Shown here piece after piece: positions 10,601 through 23,500 of a stretch of DNA of 64,000 nt (the first letter of the stretch is position 1; the number at the start of each line of letters is the position of its first letter). A program made the translations under genes and the position numbers. The stretch is from Antedon mediterranea (Eukaryota; Animalia; Echinodermata): positions 1,944,101 through 2,008,100 of the forward strand of contig NC_092677.1 of NCBI RefSeq assembly GCF_964355755.1, given 5' to 3'. The notes beneath the pieces were generated by a model. The model saw only the letters and a list, made by a program, of their open reading frames with translations. It did no database searches and was not told the origin of the DNA.

Positions 10601-11871
10601 AACATGCGCAGAGTCGAATAATGGGTTCTGCGCATCTTAATTGTGCTATAGTAACCAGTTTTTACATAAATGGTTACTATAGCATAATAAACATGCGTGG
10701 AATCGACTAATGGGTTCTGCGCATCTTAATTGTGCTATAGTAACCAGTTTTATCGAAAAATAAAAAGGTCGAAAATTGGCCATTTTTCGAAAAAATCCCT
10801 GTACTATAGTACAGGGAAATTTTCGAAAAAAGTCGATTTTCGACCCTTTTACTTTTTGACATAAATGGTTACTATAGCATAATAAATATGCGCAGAGTCG
10901 AATAATGGCTTCTGCGCATTGTGTTATAGTAACCAGTTTTATCGAAAAATAAAAAGGTGTATAATATTGATATATATTCACATATATTGATTTATAATCA
11001 TCTTATAGACGTATAGTAACCATTTATGTCAAAAAATAAAAGGGTCGAAATTTGGCAATTTTTCGAAAAAATCCCTGTACTATAATACAGGGATTTTTTT
11101 CCAAAAATGGCCAAAAAACGCACTTTTCTAAAATCAACTATTACGAAATAATATTGCTATATATGTGCATATATTGCGTTATCATCATCCTATAGACGCA
11201 TTTAAGCAGTTATTTCAAAAATCAAAATGGTCAAAATTTGTTTAAAAGAAATTGCCTAAAATATGCACTTTTCAAAATTCAATTATTATGCAATAATATT
11301 GCTATATACATTATGCGTACATATTGTGTTTGTAATCATCTTATAGATCATCCCTAGTAAAAGGTTAAAATGACAGTATATAGCTCATACAATCAGTGCT
11401 TTATGATTCACGATTAATTCACTTAAATACTTGGATTCATTTTTTAAACGCTTTATACTTCAACGTCACACACAAAATCCCACAAAAATATTTACCACAA
11501 TAGCCTCACTGATTACAATTTAAAAAAAAGAGAAGTGTTTAACACATTCCAGACCGTTTCCCTTATACTAAATTAGTAAAGCGCCCTCTATAATGTACGG
11601 CCTATTGTGGCATTGTAATATTATGTACAAACTGGCATGAACACAAGTTTTAAAAAAAATTACAAATTAAACTCAGATGAATAATGTTAAAATTATTTTG
11701 CTGAAGTAACTACATTTTTTTTACTGCAGTAATCAGGGAAGAGTAAAATTACTATTTTACTCTTTCCTGATTCAATTTAGAAATTATCAAGAATATTTGA
11801 TTCACTTATAGCAATATAGATATTAGTGAATACTATAACAGCATAGAGATATTAGTGTATAATATAATCTC

Positions 11872-12355
11872 TCTATGCTTATAGTAAGCATCTATGCTCA
11901 CAGTAAGCATCTATGCTTATAGTAAGCATCTATGCTTATAGTGAAGCATCTATGCTTATAGTAAGCATCTATGCTTATAGTTAGCATCTATGCTTATAGT
12001 AAGCATATATGCTTATAGTAAGCATCTATGCTTATAGTAAGCATCTATGCTTATAGTAAGCATCTATGCTTATAGTGAAGCATCTATGCTTATAATAAAG
12101 CATCTATGCTTATAGTAAGCATCTATGCTTATAGTAAGCATCTATGCTTATAGTGAAGCATCTATGCTTATAGTAAAGCATCTATGCTTATAGTAAGCAT
12201 CTATGCTTATAGTAAGCATCTATGCTTATAATAAAGCATCTATGCTTATAGTAAGCATCTATGCTTATAGTAAGCATCTATGCTTATAGTAAGCATATAT
12301 GCTTATAGTAAACATCTATGCTTATAGTAAGCATCTATGCTTATAGTAAGCATCT
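11872..12355. repeat. 19-bp minisatellite (AGCATCTATGCTTATAGTA)n, about 25 copies
   Basis: Direct inspection; the unit contains the near-palindrome AAGCATCTATGCTT. Confidence 0.95.
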
Positions 12356-13276
12356 AGTAAATGTAGTAAACTCAGTAGAATAATTTGACATGATCCTTTC
12401 AACAAATATCAATCATTAATTGTATCTGATTCCATATTTTATAGGTAAAGATTAGCGTTAAATAAAAATCACTAATTATATTGACTGTCCAACAATATCT
12501 GTGAATATCAATTATGACATCATCATTTAATTATACATGTAACCAGGGAGTTGTTAATAACAACTCCCTGATGTAACTATAAACTAAAAAATAAACATTC
12601 TGAACTGACCATGTATTGTTTTTAATCTAATTTTACGTAAAAAGATGGTAAAAGTACCTTTAGGGTCACCTTATTATGGGAACACCTATTAAGGGGACCA
12701 CCTATTAAGGGGACACTCTATTAAGAGGGACACTTTCCAGTGAAAAGAATGAAGAGAAATATATGTTTTAACACTGTGGACAACCCTATTAAAGGGACAA
12801 CTCTATTAAAGGGAGGGGTTTCTTTGGGTCCTGAGGGTGTCCCCCAAACAGGAGTTCTATCTACTATACTATAGTGCAGATGATATAGAGTTTTCGATTT
12901 GTGACAACTAATGACCTAGGTCAGGTCAGGTCAACTGATGTGTTGTTGGTCGTCATCCTCACATGTTGACATGACATACGTTTGTCGTCGGTCGCCACAA
13001 ACCAAAAGCTTTCCACTACTATTTATTATTTGTGCAGATACAAAAAATATAATAAAAGATGAAGTAAATAATTCATGATGAACTTGGCATATTTTACAAT
13101 TATTTGAAATTTAAATTTGGTGCTTAAATTTATTCATTTTTATTATACAACAAACTAATACGACATTGGAATCAAATAAACATTGACAATAAAATTGTTA
13201 TCAACTAACATAATTGTTTTGAATATAAATGATAAAAATAAACACACTGTCTTTTAGAAAACTTTACAAGAACAAG

Positions 13277-13360
13277 ACAGAGAACATTGAATAGCAGGTT
13301 GTAAGACAGAGAACATTGAATAGCAGGTTGTAAGACAAAGAACATTGAATAGCAGGTTGT
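13277..13360. repeat. ~29-bp tandem repeat, 3 copies
   Basis: AAGACAGAGAACATTGAATAGCAGGTTGT repeated. Confidence 0.85.
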
Positions 13361-14390
13361 CAGATGGCAATAATATTGGAACTAACAACAGGCACCAAAG
13401 CATGGCAGTGCAAAATGCATCATAAATTGAAAGTATTTATTCTACTCTCAGTTTGCCTAAACCTTGAAATAATTTCATATTTGGATCCTAATATTACAGA
13501 AGAGAAATGATTCTTTTTTTGTTGATCCAGACTGTAACCAAGACCAACAGTTTATTTGAGAAAACAAACTGAATGTTTGCCAAATGTTGTTTTTAAGTAC
13601 TTTGGATCTATTGTAACAACAAAAAAGAAAATTAAAAGAAAAATTTCTCTTCTATATCAGTTGGCTATCTATAGATTGCTACAGTACATCATGTTTATTA
13701 GTAAACTTTTTCATGTTTGTTACTAAGGTCCTGTTTCTTCTGCGAAAAAATTATTTTTTTAACCATGTGAATAAAATTAACTCCAATTTCTTGGCAGTAG
13801 AAACGGAACAAATTTGTAATACCTGGTTAAATGGCAGCCAGAAAATAACGGATAAAAACACCCAAACAATTCGTTGTTAGAAAGCTATTGAACCGGTTAA
13901 ACCCAAATGGAAAGCTCATGTCATAAAAACATTTAAATGAAATATAAACATTTAATACATATAATTTTACAATATTTTTTAATGTTGATTATTTATCTGA
14001 TAGCCTACAACATAATGATATGCTTATGAATAGAAATAATCTACAAGAGGTAAATTGATAGAAAAATTTCATTCCATATATGGAAATGTGTACCAATTTA
14101 CAATATTTTAGCATACTTATATTGTAGATAGATCCATCAAATTTCTATATGTGTCCATTTTGTTACAAAATTACTATTTTTTTGTTACGATTTGAATATG
14201 TAGTATGCTATCTGGTGAGTAGTTGTATATTAAAACAATGCTTAACTATAAATTGGTTAACTTCTTATTTCAGAAAACTAGATACAAAAATCATATTTCA
14301 TAAACATAAAACTTAAAACCTAAAATTTATGACTGACCGACACTTATCTATTTATTGTATAGCCACCAACCAACTCTCACAATCACAATG

Positions 14391-14468
14391 TTTATTTATT
14401 TATTTATTACCATATTTACTGAGGGTAGCCTATCCAGTTCCTAATAGAACTGATCATTCAGGGCCCTC
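14391..14468 (-). mobile_element. Short LINE/SINE 3'-tail fragment in the JAK 3' UTR
   Basis: Minus strand GAGGGCCCCTGAATGATCAGTTC..GAACTGGATAGGCTACCCTCAGTAAATATGG followed by (TAAA)n: a stem-loop plus short-repeat tail typical of L2-type 3' ends. Confidence 0.45.
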
Positions 14469-14523
14469 GAATGTTAGGGTGATATGGTACATACCTATGA
14501 ATCATGAGGCGAAGCTGCAAGCA

Positions 14524-17500
14524 TTACAATGGATGTGTAATCAACGCCTCGCAATCTTCTTTCACTTGCTCAAATGACGACCGATCTTTGCGTTGCGTCA
14601 TCCAACAATTTTGCATTATATTATACGCGTCGTTTGATATGTTATACGCTTCAGAATGCTCACGGCGTGGCTGCGACTGCTTTAGTCTACCGCCACCCTC
14701 AAGAAAATCAACAATGATTTTGATCGACACTTCTTTTCCTTGATCATCGATATACCTAGATGAAAAATCAAACAAAAACCAAATTTAGGCTTAGTTTTTA
14801 CTCAAAAGAACTTAAGTACTTTGTAATTTAAAAGGAAACCAAATGATTTACTTACGTTGGGGCATTTCCGTAAGTAAACATTTCCCACATCAACACACCG
14901 AAGCTCCAAACGTCGCCCTCGCGGCTAAACTTCTGATGTCCAATGCATTCTGGTGCATACCTGAAAAAAAAAATAACACTCTTGCATCACACCAAAGTTT
15001 TCTTGTTAAAGGAATTCAACGATTTTACAAGAAGTACTGTTTAGGTATTCAGCTAAGAGAAGGAGGAAGAGCTAGTGTGTTGAAAATTCTATATTTTTAT
15101 AAAGAAATTAGTATGTTATTTACAATGAGGAAGGATTGTATCCTGTGCTGCTCACAATACTGGTTCACCAAAAAGCCCCCCGTGTCAGGGGGATTACCAC
15201 CTATCTGATAAGACAGTGTCAGGGGGATTACCACCTATCTGATAAGACAGTGTCAGGGGGATTACCACCTATCTGATAAGACAGTGATTCATTTACTATT
15301 AAAAATACAATAAAAAGATAAATAAACAATGTTTATCTGTGCTCGTCAACGGTACGCAGAAGTGAGCAACACACACGAATAAAAAAAACTATTATTAAGG
15401 CCAAATAAAAAAAAATACTTGTTAAGCGTCACACCCTCATAAATTTTCAGGGGCGGGGGGACGGTTTTTTTTTTTTTTTTTTACTTTTTATGGAGGAATA
15501 TTTTTGCGCGATGGACGTTTTGGCCGACTTTTTTTTAGGACGAAACGTCAAACTTTTAAAATGCGAAACAGAACAAAATTGACTATGTATGAAAATTGAG
15601 TTTTGTATTGTTTATATCCAGACGTAATTAAAACATTAAATTTAATTGCCACCGAGCGAAATTGTAGGCCCTAGGCTAATCCGTCCAAGCTGCCACCCCC
15701 GCCTCACTCATCGGCCATGGTCCGCCGTCTCTCGCTCGACTCATCTATCCAGGAAATTCCCTATCGCGAGAAGCATGATGTTGGTCTCAATAATAGTATA
15801 CTAAATAGTGGGCTGATTTTGAAAACAGCTTACGGCATTTCTTAAGTGAATTTTTAATCAACGTATTCATTCTTCTTTGATGAATCCTTTGCCAATTGCT
15901 GTGTAAATCAGTATTTAAAGTTGTAATGCGAAAAGTGTGTGTAATTATTCCACAGGTAAACCAGGCATAAGAAAACCCATCGCCCAACAGGACCTCGTGG
16001 TGTGCCGATCTCGAGCGCGAGAACATCGTAAACAAAATTGGTAGAGTCCATTATGTATGGGGTGTTTCCTATTTACGAACCTATAAAAAACGCGCTTCGA
16101 CCACTGTGTAGGCAAAATATTTATTTCGTTAAATCCCTAAATTGATAATCGTGTATTCTGTAATCACGTGACTGATGATGTAATCCTCAGCGACGTACTA
16201 AATGCACATGATTTAATGTGTTGGGGAAAAAGCTTGCTGTTTACCACATTACATGATTCGCGGTGCTATTCGCGTTTCCTTGACGTAAATCGGCGGCGTG
16301 TAAATATAATGAAACAATTGTTTTCACCAAATTGCCGTTGTCGACATAGGCCTAGAGCGATCGGTGGCTAGCTAGCGTGACTAAGCTAAGAAGTACGTAT
16401 TTTTCAAAAAATTACACCAGCCTAGCAAACATTTGCTAGTTTTGAAATTTTCAACTAGCAATTATGAAGAATCTACTAGCAAAATGCTAGTTTGCTAGCG
16501 TGAATTTTGAGCCCTGCTCTGGAGCTGGGCCAGGCCGCTGAACTTTCCGTTGTATATGGGTAAAAAAAAAATAAAAATAAAAAGAGAGGCGGCTGGATAA
16601 TCAGGAGCGGGCGCTGACGCTTAACAAGTATGTTTTTTTATTTGGCCTAATAATGACACAAGTATTGCCTTTAAAACTTACCATTTATAAGGCGTGTCTT
16701 CACTCCCTCTAACAACATAATAGTCTCTATCTGATCCAAAACTCTTGGCTAGGCCAAAATCAGTGATTTTGACATGGTGTTCACTAGCCACTAGAATGTT
16801 TCTAGCAGCTAGATCTCGATGCACAATACACGTGTCCTTGTGGTTGCCAAGGTAATGCATAGCCTAGAAAAATGAGTGATTATACAAATTATTATTTCAT
16901 TTTGGCACATTGCCAAGGACTGTCAATGGTGATTTAAAGTTTGTCACTGCCCTGATATACATGTGACCATCCATTCACAGACAAACGCCATACACACATT
17001 AAACATCCGTCCTTGATCTAACGATTGATCCTAAGTAATACTTACTGCACAAATCTGACTACAAAATAAATACAACACGTCATCAGACAGAATGGACTTC
17101 TTATCTTGTAGATAATTCTTCAATGCACCAAGTGGAACAAATTCTAAAACTAATCTGAGATATCTTCCTGCAAAATAAAGGGAAAAAAATAATAATACAA
17201 TAATGTACAGTAGATATAAAGTTTGTGGTACACCACGTATAAGTTCTGTACTCGATAGTAATTCTCACTCCTGAGGATGATCTAATGATATGTACAGTTG
17301 ATATAAAGTTTGTGGTACACCACGTATAAGTTCTGTACTCGATAGTAATTCTCACTCCTGAGGATGATCTAATGATATGTACAGTTGATATAAAGTTTGC
17401 GGTACACCACGTATAAGTTCTGTACTCGATAGTAATTCTCACTCCTGAGGATGATCTAATGATATGTACAGTAGATATAAAGTTTGTGGTACAGCACGTA

Positions 17501-20500
17501 TAAGTTCTGTACTCGATAGTAATTCTCACTCCTGAGGATGATCTAATGATATGTACAGTTGATATAAAGTTTGCGGTACACCACGTATAAGTTCTGTACT
17601 CGATAGTAATTCTCACTCCTGAGGATGATCTAATGATATGTACAGTAGATATAAAGTTTGTGGTACACCACGTATAAGTTCTGTACTCGATAGTAATTCT
17701 CACTCCTGAGGATGATCTAATGATATGTACAGTTGATATAAAGTTTGCGGTACACCACGTATAAGTTCTGTACTCGATAGTAATTAAATAAACAAATTGT
17801 CTAAATTACTTTCTTTCCTACAGCGAGCAACTTGCCAAGACTGTCATGGACCTGTCAAATGGCAGATGACAGGGTAGACAAGGTAGCTATTTAAAATAAC
17901 AAGAGATATCCAGATTCAAAAAGGGCCAAAAATGCATTAAAAAGTAATAAATAGTTTACCTTTTGAAACACCTAAAACTTTGACAATATTGTCGTGTTTT
18001 AAACTAGACATCCACTGAATTTCACGCTTGAACGCCTCGAAGTACTTGTCATAATGCTTCTCTTTTAACATTTTTACAGCCACAATTTTCTGAGGTTCAG
18101 TCGTGAAACCAGAATCCACTTTCCAAATTGCTTTGTTAACTTTCCCATAAAAGCCCTTAAAAAATAGGAAATTAAATTAAGAAACCATATTCAAACTATT
18201 CTACTGCAGTTACTGCAGTAAGGGAGCATGTCAGAACTATTCTACTGCAGTTACTGCAGTAACTACATTTTGTTTGCAATTATTTACCTCCGCCAAGGAG
18301 GTATATGTAATCGGTAGCGTGTGTTTGTTTGTTAGCAGGATTACTCAAAAAGTAATCACAAGATCTTTACCAAAATGAATAGACAGATAGATATGTGGTC
18401 AAGGACCATTCCATTAAATGTTGGGACCATTTGGGACCACAGTCCCAATTCTGGACCAATTTTTAGTATACTTTTTCAGACCTGCTAGTGTTAAAAGATA
18501 GGACAGAATTTTTCAAAAGCCGGCGAGCAGTCTTAAAGTAACAAGTAAACTGAAATTGCATTTTCTCGAGAACTACTTGTTCAAAAAACTTCATTTTTTA
18601 ACTAGAGGCAAGAGTTATAATTTGTGATTTGTAATTTTAAAACATAATTTGATTTAATGTGCACGTTTTTTGATGCGAGTAGTTTAAAAAACCTATTTCT
18701 TTTCAAATTCACTCGTTTGATTTTCGCGTTGCTGTTCTATTGTTAGTCAACTGAAGCTATTGTTAATTGAAAGGCTTGTTACATAACCATTAATGAATTA
18801 ATTAATGAATGTAATGAAATTAGCCTAAATCACAAACAGCATTAAGACTAAAAATATATATATTTTTTTTTTACCAGAGAAATCTTATGTAGGAGAATTT
18901 TACAGTAGGCGGAGGTATGCACTCTCGGAGTGGCTTTCTAGTTTTTTATGGTAATCATACACACTGTTTATTGCAGTGACTGCCTCATAAACTAAATTCA
19001 AACAAACTAAAAGCATAAATTATTGCAGTACAAAAATATAGTTGCTGCAGTAACTGCAGTACAATAATTTTGACATGTTCTGAAACGATTCATTAGATTA
19101 AGTATCAATAACATAATATAGTTTAAAGGTTTGCATGGCAAATTAAACATTTTTTGCAGTACAAAAACATCACAACTGACATGTTGAGGTATCCTCAACT
19201 ATACTTTATACTTATTACAGAACACTCCAAAACATAGAGGTCTGTTTCTTCTACAAGTTTAATAGAGTTCAAGCAGATACTTTATACTTATTACAGAACA
19301 CTCCAAAACATAGAGGGCTGTTTCTTCTACAAGTTAATAGAGTTCAAGCAGATACTTTATACTTATTACAGAACACTCCAAAACATAGAGGGCTGTTTCT
19401 TCTACAAGTTAATAGAGTTGAAGCAGACTATAAATGAAGCATACCGATCCGAGTAATTTCTGAATGTGGAGATTGCTGTCTGGTATGTCAGGCAAGTGAA
19501 ACTCATCATCTAATCTAGGCATTGATTCCTCATCTATTTCATAGTCATCCTGACAAAGAAATACAACTTTTGGAATCAAAAACATTTAAAAAGACTAAAT
19601 TTATCCTATAACATGACACGTATTCAAGGGACACTTTTGGGGTCCCAAAGGTGCCTCCTGAATAGAACAAGACCATTAGGCACCAGTTATACTACTGAAT
19701 TTGCCAAGAAAATATAGATTAATGTTGTTTATTGAAATACTCACAGGAAAAGTTGCGTTAAAGAGATTTGCATTCTGCGATGGCGGCAAAACTGGAAGGT
19801 CTGTTTAAAAAATGATACACAATATTATGCATTTAGCAACATTGTGGGTAGTACCATTGGTGTGATAGTGAATAGCAGAAGATTATGGGCCCGATCAGGC
19901 TTAGTTATTTTAATTTGGTTGGTTGGTTCAGTAAGTTGGTTCCTATCTACCAAATGATAATTGTGCTCATGAAACAAACTGATCCAATTAATTAAGTCTA
20001 AGTTTACTTCCAAATGATTTGAAATGATTTGAAATGATTTGAAATGATATTTAATTACAAAGCACAAACATGTTAATCTTTCATTAAATCACTGAGCGGT
20101 TTAAACAACTAATATTAGAAAAGAAAGATTAGAATTTGGAAAACTTAATATTACAAAAAAGAAATGACAGCGTCGCTCTCATTCTGAGATGGGAATCAGA
20201 GGGCATTTACTTGCCTCCATTTGGGTTGGGGGTTTGGTCCTCAAAATTGAAAACATTTGGTACATCGTAAACAAATATGTTGTTGGTTTCCTCTTTGGCC
20301 CCTGCATATTCACCAGACACCTAAAATGTATCAAACAAAAAAGAAATTTAAATTCAAACGGCCTAAAAGATGAGTACAGGTGAAAAGTAAATACAGATAA
20401 AAATAAGTACAAACAAAATATGTATTATAGTAGGAATAATAGATAATATATTTATTAATTTTATGCAATAAAAATCTCAAAGCGCAGTGGACCAGATGTA

Positions 20501-23500
20501 ACACATACAAGAACTGTCTTCTTCCTTAAGGGTCCCTTTCTGTGGAGTTCTGCTAACACATGCGGCGCTCATTTATCTGCCCATGCAATATCAAAGTAGG
20601 TGCGTGGCTAGCTAATCCATACTTGGAATGTTCGTGTTCGTAAACCTGTGTCTTGCAGCCTACACCGGGGTAACCCTTTACTCTTCCAAATGTTTGTGTT
20701 CGTAAACCTGTGTCTTGCAGCCTACACCGGGGTAACCCTTTACTCTTCCAAAAGATACACTGGGTGCACACAATTAATCCAAGAATTTATTTAGTATCTG
20801 TAGATTAGTTAGGTATCTTTACCTTCAGCATAACTTGTCTAACATCTCGCAACACGTCTTTGAATGACGGCCTATTATGTGGATAGAACATGAGACATCT
20901 GGCGATTATTTCTCCTAGATCTTCACGACACTCGGTGCCAATGGCTGGCAGTTGGCCGCTCAGATACAGATTTCGAACCTTTTAAAGGAAAATTTGTTAT
21001 AAATGTTTCATTTCTCTTTCAGTTAAATTTATCAAAAATTCAAATTTCAATGATAAAAACACAAAAAGTATTAAACGCAAAAGGTAAACTTGTTTTTATT
21101 GTGGTCAAAGTAAATTACTACAAAATTATGATTTCTCAAAAAATTACATTACATTAATTCCCCCCCCCCTCCCCCCATTTATGAGATGTGCCCATATATA
21201 GACATGATGATGTCATATCACAACCATATTTGGGCACATCACAGTTTTTTTGTCAAACTAGTTTGATAGTGTAGACAGAGCTTAAAGCTCCATTCACACA
21301 TGTTAAACAATTAAACGGCATCGCCTTCCATGTGTGAATGTAACTTTAGGTAGATATTAAAAAATGAATTTAGCTTATTTTGCTAAGCCTTACCTGTTCA
21401 TTAGGCATGTCTGCAAAGGGCTTAAGTCCATAATTGATTATTTCCCATAACAGTATGCCATAGCCAAATTTGTCACTTGGTAATTCCGGCTCATTTTTTC
21501 CCCTAAGTAACTCTGGAGCAGTCCAACGAACTCTAAAAAAAAAAGCAATTAACTTTAATAAAACTTTAAAAAGACTATTAATAACCCTTGGCAGTTTAGC
21601 CCTACCATACATACACCCTTAACTCACCCACTTGACACAAAGATACCCACTTGACACAAAGATACCCACTTGACACAAAGATACCCACTTGTAAGTTTGA
21701 GCAAGGCTGGTGGGGCATTTTACAGGCACACCATCATCCATTCTAGTCTACCATACATACACCCTTAACCCACCCACTTGGCCCATGACAACTTGTAAAT
21801 TTGAGCAAGGCTGGGTGGCACACCACCACCCAGTCTAGAAAGGATTCTAATATTTGTATTCATATTTGTACCTGTTCATCCTGATTGGATGGTCATCTTC
21901 CAGCGTATTGAAGTAGTAGTGACCAATCATAAGGTCCGTTAGTTTGGTTACCAATGTAGGGGGTTTGTTTGTTACTAAGACGTTATGTGCTGATATACTA
22001 CCATGGACAATCTGTTTCTTTTCCTAAAAATGAAAAAAATTAAATTATATCATTGTTCCTTGCAAATTGAAGGTATACCAACATTTTTAAAGATTTGAAA
22101 AAGAGACAATTGATATCTAAAAAACAAATATTTACCAGAAATTCAAGAGCTGCAGCTATCTGAGTTGCTGCTTGAAAGAGGTACGGCTTTTTCAGGTGTT
22201 CTTTGTAAGTTGTAAGATATCTATCAAGCGGGCCTAAGCTAGCGTACTCAAAGATGCTAATGTAGTTAGAAGTGATGCCTTCAAAGCGAATGATGTGGGC
22301 ATGCTTCAACCCAGACATCTTATCAGCTAGCTGGCTGAATTTCTACAAAATAAAAAAGAAAACATTCAACATCTATTTTGACAGATATATGGTATAGTAT
22401 ATGAAATAATTATTCTAACTTTACGTAACTACATTTACTTTATACAAATTAAGTAGTAAGCTAAGCTGTGGTGGTAATCATAAACTGTATGTACTCATAA
22501 ACTTCTACATTTAAACAAACTAAGGAAATCATTGTTTTTATTTTACCATATTGAAACCGGACGGAGCTTGTTGTTTTGGCATCTTCATGACTGCATTTAC
22601 CGACCCTCGTCCTCCAAGCCTGATTAACTCGCCCACTTTGACCTCAATGAATTTACCGTGACTCGGCAAAGCTCTCCATCTGCTTTGGTCTGTTAACTCG
22701 GCTTCTGAGATGTAGTTGACTTTGTTACGTTGCGGAATTGGCGAACTTGGGGGCGCTGGACACCCTGTTCGACTTGTAATTAACAATGAGTTGTCTAAAT
22801 TGTTATGTAAAATATAATAAAAAATATATTATTTACAAAGTCTAACTACAATTGTAAGATTACGTACAGTATAATAGTTGATAATAGTTTCTACACTATC
22901 AAACTTTATGTGAAAACAAAATGTGATGTGCTCATACTGTATATGGACATGATGATGTCATATCATTACCATATTTGGGCATATAACAACCGTATTTGGG
23001 CACACCACACGTTTTTTGTCAAACTAGTTTGATAGTGTAAAGAGGGATTTACTGTTCGTGTAGAGTAGTGAAATAATACAGTAGAACCCATCCTTTGAAA
23101 CGCTACTATTCAGGGGACACTCTTATAAACAAATGTGGGACAACATTATGTAGAACCCATCCTTTGAAACGCTACTATTCAGGGGACACTCTTATAAACA
23201 AATGTGGGACAACATATGTTTTAACACTGTGGTCAACTCCTATTCAGGGGAAACCCTATTATAGGGGACAGTTTATTTGGTTCTGAAAGTAGCCTCTGAG
23301 GTTCTACTGTAAATTAATTTCTACAATTGACCTGACTGACCTGTAGTGCCACCGAAGCTTGCAGTACTGGTGATGCACTTCTTAAGAGGACCTTCTAAAC
23401 ACCAACAGTTTTCTGGGTGACGATAAAATTCCATCAATCCTCTCAATGAATCAAAAGAATTCTGATCGTTTAACGATACATGTTCACCTGTATGCAAATA

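Larger units (their letters stand above)
1..11364. repeat. Complex satellite of hairpin-forming units, interrupted by insertions at 605-2200 and 2588-9740
   Basis: An ~89-bp unit TGGTTACTATAGCATAATAAACATGCGCAGAG...TTCTGCGCATGTCAATTGTGCTATAGTAACCA (e.g. 10030-10105) is interspersed with a ~115-bp unit centred on the 22-bp palindrome TCCCTGTACTATAGTACAGGGA (e.g. 10511-10532). Seen at 1-604, 2201-2587 and 9741-11100, then a divergent tail to 11364. Confidence 0.9.

Noticed and set aside
225-10981. Many similar short ORFs (MVTIAQL..CACLLCYSNHLCQ..)
   Set aside because: They are translations of the hairpin satellite on both strands, with no splice or domain support.
1-11100. CRISPR-like appearance of regularly spaced palindromic repeats
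   Set aside because: No unique spacers, no cas genes, and a eukaryotic context; it is a satellite.
17101-17703. 200-aa ORF with 29-aa repeats
   Set aside because: It is an 87-bp intronic tandem repeat; the real JAK exon (17046-17167) is in another frame.
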